Assembly (NCBI RefSeq): GCF_028641065.1
Contig: NC_073396.1
Coordinates: forward strand, 20,274,001 to 20,338,000
Reading direction: 5' to 3'
Length of the DNA: 64,000 bases
Source of the DNA: Leucoraja erinacea
Taxonomy: Eukaryota
Position numbers and translations under genes: made by a program. The notes under the pieces were generated by a model, which did no database searches, was not told where the DNA came from, and saw only the letters and a program-made list of their open reading frames with translations. Positions 10,471-22,099 of this stretch are shown in pieces. Each line of letters opens with the position of its first letter. Within the stretch, counting starts at the first letter, position 1.

Positions 10471-11986
10471 TAGCAATGTTACAACATTTTGAGATTTAAA
10501 AAATCAAGTCTGCAAATTATCCCATCAGATAAAGCATAAAAAGTTTAATTTGACATCAAATTCACTTTCATATCTTCAGTATTAAAAAAGTTATGGCCAT
10601 TTTCATACTCGGAAATTAGCATCTTGTTCCCTTTTGCTTTTCCATTGACTTAACACAAAAGCTGTGATCGAGGACAGTCAAAAGCCCATAACTTTCTTAA
10701 AAATTAAGAGAACTGAATGAAATTTTCAGTTATTATAGATTGAAGCATTCTGAAACAAATATAAAACATCTTTCATGGATGACCTGAAAGCATATAATTA
10801 GTTAATTACCTAATTGTAGCTAATTACAAAATTGACCGTTGTGACTGCCTTGAAAATTCAAAAATGTGATATTCTCAAGATCAGAACTTTAATATTATTG
10901 TATTATTTGCTGTAAGTCTGTAACAGATAGGTAAATAAATTACAATTTCTAGCAATAGACCAAGTCTTTATGGAGAAGATCAGTTGCTAGCTGGTACATT
11001 GGCATATCATAATCAGTAGCATCATCATACTCCTCAGATTGTAACCAATAAGCAACTCTCTTGTTTTACCTCAAATTTTCAATGTTGGCATTGTAAACTA
11101 CAGGTTTTTGCTCTTCAAACCACGCATGACATGCCTTTCTGCCCACTACTTTCCCATTAAGAATGTCCTGTAGATTCCATTTCTTAAGAAAGGGATTTTT
11201 TTTTTAAATAGCCTAAGTATCCAAATAACAAACTAATCCCATTCACACAAGAATTCACAATATAACATGATTTTTAAATCTCACTGTCATGAATTTATAT
11301 GCCAGATAGAAGGAATTTAATGTTTAATTCCCATAAATTAATCTAGAAACATCCACTCAATATAATTTAAATTATTATTTTTTTGCACAATACATGGGAC
11401 TAAAACTGATAGTTTGTATTAAAATATTGACTATGGATAGACAATAACACAAAATACAGACGATTTAGATGCTCTTATGACATGATTGTCCAAAAAAAAG
11501 AGCATTTAAATCATCTTGCGAGTGGGTTTTTCTGGAACGCGATCGATTGGAACGTTGCATTTGCGGTGAATTTGAACCCCATATCGGCAGGAAAAACACT
11601 GCCGGTTCGTATGGGGCCCAAATCACAGTATTGCAACGTAAAATTAGATTAAAGCCATCCTAAGATGCAAGTTTATATGTAAAATAGACGACTTACCCTT
11701 TGTTCTGTCCCGTTCTTGCGATCCATCACGTTGTAGGCATTAGAAGTCGCCTTTTATTTTAATCTAATTATTAAATTGTCTCGCTATTAAAAAAAAAATT
11801 GGGAACGGAAGTCGCATCGATTTTTCTTCAGCAGCTAGCAGCCCGAGGAAATCCGCCACCGACAGGCAGTAGAAAACGGCATTTTAATCCCATCACCCCC
11901 CCCCCCCCCCCAAAGGCGCCAAAGTCGCGCACACGGCCAGTGGCAGAACTGCAGTGCTGCTGAAGGTAAGTTTTGTAACATCGCTA
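10471..11986 (-). mobile_element. Internally deleted DNA transposon with TAG...CTA termini
   Basis: TIRs TAGCAATGTTACAA / TTGTAACATCGCTA, flanking near-duplication CATAGG(A/G), coding remnant at 10949-11188. Confidence 0.75.
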
Positions 11987-12466
11987 CATAGGGGAGGATA
12001 CTGAGTGTATGAACACATCCAGTCACGACCTTGGGTGCTGGACCAGACAGACAAAGAAAGTCAGAGGAAGCGTCCCCATCAGACCAAACAGCTTCATAAT
12101 TGCACAGGAGAAGAATTAGGCCATTCAGCCCATTGAGTCTACTACACCATTCAATCACAGCTGATCTATCTTTCCCTCTCAACCCCATTCTCCTGCCTTC
12201 TCCCCTGACACCCTTACTAATCAAGTATCTGTCAATCTCCGCTTTAAAAGTACACAATGACTTGGCCTCCACATCCGACTGTGGCAATGAATTCCACACA
12301 AAGTCCTCCTCATCTCCTTTCTAAAGGTATGACCTTTAACTCTGAGGCTGTGGCCTCTGGTCCAAGACTCCTACTAGTGGAAACATCCTCCCCACATCTG
12401 CTCTATCCAGGCCCTTCACCATTCGGTAATTTTCAATATGGTCCTCCCTCATTCAATGAACATGGT

Positions 12467-12705
12467 GAGGGGGGGGGGGGGGGGGGGGGGTGGGGGTGGG
12501 GGGGTGGAGAGTGAGGGTTGTTGGGGGTGGGGGGGAAAGTAAGGGTGGCTAGGGTGGGGTGGGGGTGGGGGGGGGGGGGGGGGGGGGATGGGAGTGAAGG
12601 CGGTTGGGGGTGGGGGGGGTTTGGAGGGAGGGTGGTGGGTGGGGGGGGGGGGGTGGAGGTGGAGGTGGGGGGGGGGGGAGGGTGAGTGAGGGCGGTTGGG
12701 TGGTG
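12467..12705 (+). repeat. Poly-G low-complexity tract
   Basis: Many G runs of 4 to over 20 nt. Confidence 0.9.
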
Positions 12706-12929
12706 AGCGGCACTGAGAACACTGGCCACATGCCACTGAACCACCCCCATCCCCCGTCGGTTTGCGCCAGAGGACCCCTGTGGAGTTATAGTTACCCACG
12801 CAGAGTGCATTTGGCACACGGCAAGATCCCACAGACAACGAGGAAGTGCAATGCTTTGCCATGGTCTGATGTTACCTCCCTCCCAGCCGCTGGGAGTCTC
12901 TCTCCTGCTTCGAGCTCAATGTGGGGTCC

Positions 12930-13320
12930 TCAATCCCAGTGGGATATTCAACTCCAGAGCTCCATGAAAGTGACAACACCAGCAGAGAAAGTGGTAAAAA
13001 AGGTGAAAGGTACGATTGCCTTCATTAGTATGGCATTCAACATAAGAATCAGGACGCCACGATGCAGCTTTGGTTGCATTTGGAATATTTAGTGTAGTTC
13101 TGGTCACCCCATTACAAGCGGGGTGTGGCGGCTTTGGAGAGGGTGCAGAAGAGGTTTACCCAAATTATGCCTCAATTACAGGGTTTTAGCTACAGGAGAG
13201 GTTGCACAAACATGGATTGTTATCTCTGGAACACCAGGGGTGGAGAGAAGTATATAAAGTAATGAGAGGCACAGATAAGGAAAGGAGTCAGAGCTTTTTT
13301 CCCAGTGTGGAAATGTCAAA
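12930..13320 (+). mobile_element. CR1 LINE RT C-terminal fragment, decayed
   Basis: GTTCTGGTCACCCCATTAC...TTTGGAGAGGGTGCAGAAGAGGTTTACC (FWSPHY...LERVQKRFT). Confidence 0.7.
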
Positions 13321-13844
13321 GGCTATTTCTTCATTAATTTTTGTTTAATGCATTTACAGACTTGAGCCTAAAACCTCTGGAAGAATAGTCAGTGGCTTAC
13401 ATTCCATGGATTTGTATTAACAACAAATTGTTGAGTGCATGTGTCAAATGAATTACTGCTTCAACATTTGTCCCTCCCTCACTCCAACCAACACAGTGAT
13501 TGAGTTTGCAGCATTAAACAGAGGAAGCAAGCTTAATTATAGGTAATTAGTCAATATTTATAAAAGTATGCATTTATAATTACAGGCGCGACAGGTCTCG
13601 AGGTGTTAGCGATCACGCAAGATTGTCACTATTTGATACGCAATATTCATCCTCATATTTCACTCAACAGTGCGAGTGTGAAGATTTATATCATTCACCT
13701 CTGATTAAATTACAATTAGCCAAAGTGATGAAATGCAGCACCTTGTAGTCATTGTGGTTCTATAAATTGTAAAGTAAAATAAACGTAACACTGAAGTTTA
13801 AAGTTATTTTAACTTGTATTTTGTTAATGTGACTGGTTACGTTT

Positions 13845-14135
13845 AGTTCAGTTTAGAGATACAGCGCAGAAACAGGCCCTTCGGCCCACCCAATCCACAT
13901 CGACCAGCGATCGCTACACAATCCTAGAGACAATTTACAATTTTCACGAAAGCCAATTAACCTACAAACCTGTACGTCTCTGGAGTGCGGAAGAAACTGC
14001 AGCACCTGCGGAAAACCCACCCGGTCACGGGAAGAACATGCATACAAACTTCACACAGACAGCACCCGTAGTCAGGTTTGAACTTGGGTCTCTGGCGCTG
14101 TAAGGCTGCAACTCTACCACTGCGCCACTGTACCA
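13845..14135 (-). mobile_element. tRNA-derived SINE (HE1/V-SINE type)
   Basis: Near full-length copy with tRNA-like head and LINE-derived tail. Confidence 0.8.
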
Positions 14136-14324
14136 CCCTAAGAAACATAGAGTCTGCATGTAAACAAGCCCTTTGGCCCAACGTTTAACGATAATATGCA
14201 GTTAATATTTACCTTATTTCAAATGTTCTTAAAGCTTACTTTTCCATGAAGCCCTTCTCACAGAAGTCTTTCCTTAAGACCTCTTAAGGTCCTAAAATGT
14301 CACGAATAACCTTTTGTTTGCAGG

Positions 14325-14735
14325 CTTGGAGGGCCAGCGAGATTGCATCCACCGTTGATCTGTTGTGATGGTACGCGAACTGCAGTGGGTCCAGGTTTTT
14401 GTCGAGGTAGGAGTTGATTTGCTCCATGATCAACCTCTCAAAGCACTTCATTACCACCAGCTTTAGTGCCACTGGTCGATAGTCATTGAGGCACTTCACC
14501 TTACTCTTCTTGGGCACCGGTATAATTGATGCCCTTTTAAAGCAGGTGGGGACCTCAGACCTCAGAAGTGAGAGGTTGAAAATGTCCGTAAAATCTCCCG
14601 CCAGTTGGTCCGCACAGGTTTTTAGAACACGACCGGGTATACCATCAGGACCAGGTGCTTTTCGGGGGTTCACCCCTCTGATGGATTTCCTGACATCGGC
14701 CTCTGTGACTGAGACTGAAATGCCATCACAGACCA
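14325..14735 (-). mobile_element. Rex1/Babar LINE RT fragment
   Basis: [24 protein letters not shown]...IIPVPKK...[18 protein letters not shown]...LDPLQFAY. Confidence 0.9.
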
Positions 14736-15160
14736 CGCTCTCATTTTATTCATGCCACCGGGAGAAGGTACAGGAGTCTGAGAACCGTGACCACCAGCTT
14801 CAGGAACAGTTGCTTGACGTTACACAACACTATCGTCAATAACTAAGAACTATGGGCTGTCTTCCACATCCCCTATGAAGAAAGGTCCCGACATAAAATA
14901 TCACCATCCACATTTTCCAGAGATGCTGCCTGACCCACTGAGTTACTCCAGCAGCTTTTTTCTTGTAAACCAGCATTTGCAGTTCTTTGTACACTTACTT
15001 GATTCTTAGTGCGACACTTAATGCAAATCCAAAACTAGCTTTGAAAGGTAATTGGATAAATGAGTGAAGATGAACATTTTTCCACAACTCTAGAGCAAGA
15101 GCTCAACACATGAGTGAAAATGGCTTCACTTCCCAACATTGGGCCGATGGGCTGAATGTC

Positions 15161-15262
15161 CTCCCCCCCCTCCCCCCCACCCCCTCACCCCTCTCCCCCC
15201 CCCTCCCTTCCCTCCCTCCCCCTCTCCCCCCTCCCCTCCCCCCCCCTCCCCCCCCCCCCCCC
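15161..15262 (+). repeat. Poly-C / (CCCCT)n low-complexity tract
   Basis: Seen directly in the sequence. Confidence 0.9.
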
Positions 15263-18116
15263 TTGCTGGGCACACTGGGACTGCAGGGTGGGGCCAAATG
15301 GGAGGAAATAAGAGGAGGGCAGGGTTTCCGCTTCCGTGCGGTGCTGCTGCAAGGTGCAGGTAACCCCGCCCCACCTGCTGCAATGAATGCACTGGACTGT
15401 GCTTTTGCATTGGGAAGTGTGGGTCCACAGCTAACTACCAGCTACCCACCTGCCATTGTGAATTTGTTTCATTCCAACGTTTTGGGCCGAAACCCTTCTT
15501 CAAGAGAAAAGCTTTTGTTTGCATGCTCTTCAATTAAATCAGAACATGTTGTACATTAAAATATTCTCAAATCTTGGGGTTAAATAGTTTTGGGAATCTA
15601 CTTGCATTGACATTAGCAATTGAAATTCAAATTTAAAATCCAGATGCTGGAAATCTGAAATAAAAACAAAATTCTGCGGGGAAAAAACTTAGCCTGTTAA
15701 GCAGCATCTATGGAAGGAGAAACCGTAACCTTGCAAGCCAGAGACTTTCTCAGAGCAGTGAACAAGAGAAAGCAATACACAAAGTGCCGTAGGAACTCAG
15801 TGGATCAGTCAGCATCTGTGGAGGGAATGGACAGGTGATGCTTTGGGACAGGACCCTTTTTTTTTTTTTTTTGCACCTTGAAACATCCTCTGTCCATTCC
15901 CTCCATAGATGCTGCCTGACCGGCTGAGTTCCAGTTGCTTGCTTTTTTGTATTCAGAAAGCAAGTTAGTCTAAGTGTTAGAGGATCTCAGCAGGTCAGGC
16001 AGCATCTGCGGAGGGAACGGACAGACAACGTTTCAGGATGTAAGAGAAGAATGGTCCTGACCCAAAACAATCATCCGTGTGCTAACTCTTTTAGTTTTAG
16101 GTTAGTTTACTGTCACGTGTGCTGAGGCACAGTGAAAAGCTTTTTTGTTGCGTGCTATCCACAAGCAGAAAGACTGTACATGATTGCAATCGAGATATCC
16201 AGTGTACAGATACAGGATAAAGGGAATAATGTTTAGTGTAAGATAAAATCTGATTTAAGACAGTCCGAGGGTCCCCAAAGAGGTAGATGGTAGCTTAGGA
16301 CAAGGTTGGGTTACAGAGCAAGGTGCTAGGTGGGTTCAGAGTCGGTGTCAGGATATAATTGAGATTGGGTCTGTGAACATACAGTATTGGCGTTGCCTGG
16401 TTAACCTCTTCCTCCCCCTCTGCTGTCGATGACTCCTGGTACCACAACACCATTGAGGCGTACCGCGAGGAGCATAGCAAGTGGGAGATATTCGGAAAGA
16501 TGGTGATGAGCCACAGCTGGCTAAGCTGTGTCACCGTGCCGGTGCAGAAGGAGACATGGCCTGGCCGCTCGGTTGAGAACATGTTCGCAGATTGACGGGG
16601 CATTCAGCTCCGTCGCGACTCTCCCACCTTATGTGTCAACCACGGATTAGAGACTGGCCATGGGGCATCTCCAGAAGATCCACAGGTCTACCGGATGCAG
16701 GGTTACAGAAGCACTTTGGACATCATTTGCAACACTAGCAGCATTGAGATGTTAATTGGGGCAGACGTATAACCGCTGTGTAACGTTCCCTGGGGTCTGC
16801 ACGGGGTTACTGGGGTCAAGGTGACTGTGTTCCTTCCCGTCTGCTCAACCAAGGTGAAAACCATCTTCCTATGTTTCACTCGTGTGCCCTGCATCTGATT
16901 GCATTCTCCACGCACCAAAAATGGTCATCAACTAGCGTCCTCCACTGCACTGTGCAAACATCTCCCTTTTACTTCTCCGTTTTTCTATGGGACTTTCTGC
17001 TACATCCAAATGAAAACGACATGAATTGGTGGGCTAATTGGCTATTATATGCAGGTGAGAGGTAGAGAATGGGAGGAGTTGATGGGAACGTAGGGAGGGT
17101 TAGTAAAATTGGATGGCTGATGGTTGGTGTGGAGTCAGTGGGGTGAAGGGCTCGGATCCATGTTCCAAGGTGGTGCTGACAAGTTGATGCCAGATGACCC
17201 ATTTTACTAACGGGCTGCATTATAAAGCAGCAGTCGGTGAGGGAGGTTAATTGCTACTGATTTGTGTAACTCTTCACCTCCATTATCAAGCTGGTATCTT
17301 TGAGTGGGTTCTACACTTGAGTTGGGGTTTAATGTGTAATTCTCCAGCCATTGTGAGATGCACCTGAGACGTTCCTTGGTCTGCTAACTGGCAAAAGCTG
17401 CCATCATTCTCAAACATTGACATTTTGAGGGAGAACCTTCCAAATGTGATGTTTTGAGCTTCAGATTTTGTTGCACAAATAGTTTATAAAGAATGTATAA
17501 TCACAAATTTACACAATATTTTGTATGGCAGTAATGAGATGTATGACCCTATGGGTTTTTTTTAAGATAGTCACTGCTCTTGTTCAAATGTGCAAGATTT
17601 GTGTTCCAAATTATAAATAAAGTTATTGAATCATTTAATGTAAATTCTATGCCTGATCTATATAAATGTTTTACAATTGCCTTAGATTTGAAAGAGTGGA
17701 ATAATTGTGAGGTGTAGCACTTTGGAAGGTTGAATACAAGTGGAAGGTTTACAATTCATGTCAAGACTGCATTGATGTACAGAGGGATCTTGGTGTCCAA
17801 GTCCATAACTGCCTGCAAGTGGCAACACAAATGTGTTGGAGGGAATCGTAAGTCTAACCTGTAACCAGTGCCTGGTACTGTGAGGCAGCAGCTCGGGCAG
17901 CTGTGTCATTGTGCTGCAGATAAATTGAATGAGATTGATTTTGTGAGCGTCTTGAGGGATATGGAAAGGATGTGAAATTGGGGGAAGACTTCAGCCCCAA
18001 TCAGGTTGAGTGGTGCAACAGGCTCCAGGGATGAATGAACTTCTACTTCACCTGAAGCCAGATCTGTGCACGTGGCAGCATTTAAAGGCAAGTACAAAAA
18101 TGTTCAGGTCAAGCAT

Positions 18117-18122
18117 TTTATT
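18117..18122 (-). terminator. Probable SNU13 poly(A) signal
   Basis: AATAAA on the minus strand about 125 nt after the stop codon. Confidence 0.6.
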
Positions 18123-18247
18123 TAAGAAAAAAATGAAAATAACAAATGCACACAACTAATGCTAGCACTACATTCTATGACAGATGAGTGTCCAACATCG
18201 ACACCACTGCCAGCCCAGCCTGGAATCCCCCACATTGTCGCAGGAAC

Positions 18248-18510
18248 TCAAACCAAGAGGCGTTCAACGGCTTGCTGCACAGACTGGATCTGAGGCTTCA
18301 GCTGCGAGCCCTCCTTTATGGTCACGGACGATGCAATGACTGGTCTGCACACTCCGCATGCCCGCCCCAGAGCCTGCTTTGACCGCACAAAGACGTATGG
18401 CACGTTCTTGTCTTCGCACAGGAGAGGGAGGTGAAGGATGATCTCCAGGGGCTCCGCATCTGCTGCCATCACTATGAACTCTGCAATCCCTCTGTTCAGA
18501 GTCTTGGTGG
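18248..18510 (-). CDS. SNU13: SNU13 (15.5K/NHP2L1) coding exon 3
   Basis: Acceptor TTTTTTGCAG|CC; [53 protein letters not shown]...ERLLV*; 263 nt. Confidence 0.96.
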
Positions 18511-18804
18511 CTGCAAAAAAAGTGAGTCAGATCGAGCTGGAAAGGGCTGTCCTGGGGCAGTCTATGATCTCCACCCCCATCTCTGCCAACTGAACATTGC
18601 AGCTTCCATCGAGATGAATGCATGTGCTTCCCCTGGACAGTGTTTGCTCAACCCGTCCCTCCCGGAATCCACGCCCAGCCGGGGGAGACTACACCCATGG
18701 GAGGTGTTATCCCATCTTCACCCATCCCCTAGCCTGAAGGACCCCCAGAGCGCTGCTCTCACACCCATTCTGCTAACTGCAACACCCTGTCTGTCTTTAG
18801 GAGC

Positions 18805-19275
18805 AGGAGGTCCTACTGCAGTTGTACAGGGCCCTGGTGACACCGCACCTGGAGTATTGTATGTAATTTTGGTCTCCTAATTTGAAGAAGGACCTTATTG
18901 CTATTAAGGTTCACCAGGTTTATTCCCGGGATGGCGGGAGTGACGAATGATGAAAGAATGGGTCGACTGGACTTGTATTTAGAAGGATGAGAGGGTATCT
19001 TATAGAAACATTTAAAATTCTCACAGGATTGGACAGGGTAGATGCAGGAAAAATGTTCCCGATGTTGGGGGAGTCCAGAACCAGGGGTCAAAATTTACGA
19101 ATAAGGGGTAGGCCATTTAGGACTGAGATGAGGAAAACCTTTTTCACCCCGAGAGTTGTGAATCTGGAATTCTCTGCCACAGAAGGCAGTAGAGGCCAAT
19201 TCACTGGATGTTTTCAAGAGAGTTAGATTTAACTCTTACGGTTAAGGATATGGGGGGAAAAGCCGGAATGGGGTT
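18805..19275 (+). mobile_element. CR1 LINE 3' fragment; its tail resumes at 20176-20260
   Basis: RMRGYLIETFKILTGLDRVDAGKMFPMLGESRTRG. Confidence 0.85.
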
Positions 19276-20175
19276 TAGACTGTGGGCCGAGGTGCTTTTT
19301 TGTTTAAGTTTGTGACCCAAATCATGTAACTACCTGAATTTTTAACATATTGTGTAAAGATATTATAGAAATCATACCTGAAACTCGTCAAGAACAAAAC
19401 CTGCACAGATTTTTTAAATATGAGAAAACCCTCCAATTTACCAAGTAGTAATTGTCCAATCAAAGCACGTGTGACATTGCGTTGGATGCCAATTGACCAA
19501 TTATGCGCTTGTTTCATGGTCGCTAGGCAGCTCCGGGAACATGGCTGCCTCCTAATTACATTAAAACAATAGCAAGGTTTCGAAGGAATAAAGGAACCCT
19601 TAGCGAGTTAGGGTTAGGCATTTTCCTGTCAGTGGAAGATGCTTTTGCCTTCCCCCAGCCTGGCACTGCCCCAGTCCCACCATGCCGTGAGCCACACTCA
19701 GCACACTGGCAGTCAGTAGGGTTCAGTAAACGGGGGAACCCACAGGAACTGCCCTCACCCATTAATTAGGCGGGTTCAGGAGCCGGACCTCTGCGGCAGT
19801 CTCATTCAAAATATACACTCACACTTATATTCAGTATATTATTTTTATATAATATAATCATATATAATTATACATAATTTCATATTCACAAGTCACTCAC
19901 ACACACAATAATAATATATGGTTTAAATAGACAGCAGCACAGAATTAGGCTCCCATGGAGTAATATGACCATTGAACACTAGATGGCGCTAACTTGTTCA
20001 ATGTCATTTTCTAATTAGCTTAATTAATTAATGTGCAACTTTTGGCACTAACGAGTTATGACTTCTCAATTATATTTTATCTAAATCTGTGCAAAATTTC
20101 AAGTAGTTCCCGGACACGGGTCACAAAAGTCACATCAGGTCATCGAAACATTTTCTATGCTCGGCCCACAGCCTA
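19276..20175. mobile_element. Non-autonomous DNA transposon with TAG...CTA ends (Academ-like)
   Basis: TIRs TAGACTGTGGGCCGAG / CTCGGCCCACAGCCTA; splits the CR1 tail motif GGGGTACTGATTTTGG; flanks GTT and GTA. Confidence 0.7.
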
Positions 20176-20499
20176 GTACTGATTTTGGATGATCACCCAT
20201 ATTGAATATTGATGGCTCGGGGGCCGAACGGCTTATTCCTGCACCTATTCCTGTTTCTAACCTTCAGCCAACCAGTGTTAATCTGAAAAAACAGTCAGGG
20301 GACTTTGCCTGTGTAAAACCTGCCTTTCCTCCTGGCCGCACTGCTGCTACACACGAGGAAGCAGACCAGCAGCCATGTCATTGCTGAGATTGAGATCAGT
20401 GTGTTTGTTTTACTCTTTGAAACAATCGGGCAGCAGAGTGAATGGAGTTTTATGGCAGGCATCGAACAAGAGTATGTAAACCCAAACTAAGAACACTTT

Positions 20500-20970
20500 G
20501 TCAAACTGCCTGCTGCATCTCCTGGTTGCTAACCATTTTAACTCCCCTTCCCACACAAACCTTCCTGTCCTGGGCCACCTCCATTGCCAGAGTGAGGCCA
20601 CGTGCAAACTGGAGGAACAGCACTTCATAATTCCATTTGAGTAGTTTACAACCCAATGGTATGAACATTGAATTCCCCAATTTAAATACCCCTGCCCCCC
20701 CCCCCCCCACTTCCGCTTTACATTCCACTACTTTTCTCTCTTTATCTGATACCTTTTCCTCTCCAGCCTGTCACTTACTCTCCCCATCTACCTTCCCAAC
20801 CCCTCTCACTTGTATCCACCTATCACTCGTCGAACTTTGTTCTGCCCCACCTCTCTTTTCAAGCTTTCTTCCGCAACTAGTCAGTCTGAAGTGTTCTGAA
20901 AAGTCACATGTCCATTCCCTCCCCAATTGCTGCCTGACCCACTGAGTTACTCAGGTACTTTATGTTTTAA
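20500..20970 (+). mobile_element. Penelope-like element 3' fragment
   Basis: VANHFNSPSH..L.VLG.LHCQSEATCKLEEQH and LQPNGMNIEFPN, followed by the terminal repeat. Confidence 0.75.
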
Positions 20971-21039
20971 TCACAATATAGTGGTTTACGTGGACTCAAA
21001 GTCTCTCCTCCCCTCTCCCCCAGGGACCAAACCAAATAC

Positions 21040-21160
21040 CTTCATTGGCTCCCTTCCGAAGCTGCTTGTAGCTGCCAGCTTGTTGAACGAGATCCAGTAT
21101 CGTCTTTGTCAGCTGAGCATCTGCAAGGGGGTAGGCCTTTGGGTTAACTTCTTGTTCTGT
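21040..21160 (-). CDS. SNU13: SNU13 coding exon 2
   Basis: CTGCAG|ACA...GAAG|GTATTT; [40 protein letters not shown]; 121 nt, in phase with exon 3. Confidence 0.96.
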
Positions 21161-21544
21161 CTGCAGTAAAGAGACAGCAACATGTGAGTTAGTGTATGGA
21201 CAGTCCAGCAGTCAATAATTTTGACTATAATGGAAGCTACAAATCTGTAAAGTAATAATTCAACGGGAACAAAAGTCAATCCTTGCACCCATGGCAGCAT
21301 GTGTTTTTAAAGATGCAACTTTTCTATATTCTGGTAGATACAAGGAACTGCAGATGCTGGCTTATACAAAGGAGGACAAAGTGCTGGAGTAACTCAATGG
21401 GTCAGGCAGCAACTCTGGGGAACATGGATAGGTGACATTTTGGATTGAGAGCCTGAAGAAGGGTCTCAATCCGAAACATCACCGATCCATGTTCTCCAGT
21501 GACACTGCCTAACCTGCTGAGTTACTCCACTGTCCTTTCTACTT

Positions 21545-21857
21545 TTTGCGATGGTCAGCTCGACATTGATTACAAGACCTACACCAAACCCAAACCAATT
21601 AGGAGCAGACGAGGGCATTCGATCCAATTTGTGATTCCAGCTACAAAGACAGATGTGTACAGTAATTCGTTCTTCCCCCGCACAATTAAAGCATGGAATA
21701 ATCTCCACCCAACTATAGTTACCCAACCAGATGCAACAACATTTAAAGTAGCTCTTTCGTCCCAATAACCCTTTCTGGCTTAAGTCCTCCCTCCACCACC
21801 TCCAGTTTAAATTCCATTTGGAATATTTTGGAGGACCAAAAAACCAAGAACCAAGAA
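21545..21857 (+). mobile_element. 5'-truncated LINE 3' end of a different CR1-group lineage
   Basis: ORF end IPATKTDVYSNSFFPRTIKAWNNL and (CCAAGAA)n tail. Confidence 0.65.
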
Positions 21858-22099
21858 CTGAAATTGCTATCCAGTTAAGAAACATAGGAGTATATGCTGC
21901 CTGGATGAGAGAGAATTAGTTACAAGAAGAGGTTGGACAAACTTGGGATTGTTTTCTCTCGTTCATCGGAGGTTAATACAAATATATAAAATTAAGGCAT
22001 AGTTAAGATAGACAATCAGAATCTTTTCCCCTCAGATGCCCCAGAGGGCATAGCTTTAGTGTGAAAGGCAGGATTTAAAGGAGATTCGTAGAAGGAAGC

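Noticed and set aside
12433-13092. Pro/Gly-rich ORFs (also at 15103-15559 and 57668-58300)
   Set aside because: Low-complexity G/C tracts lack stop codons by composition.
16758-16772. GADV peptide as a CRYM remnant
   Set aside because: Only four residues match, the surrounding frame does not resemble CRYM, and the strand is opposite to that expected.
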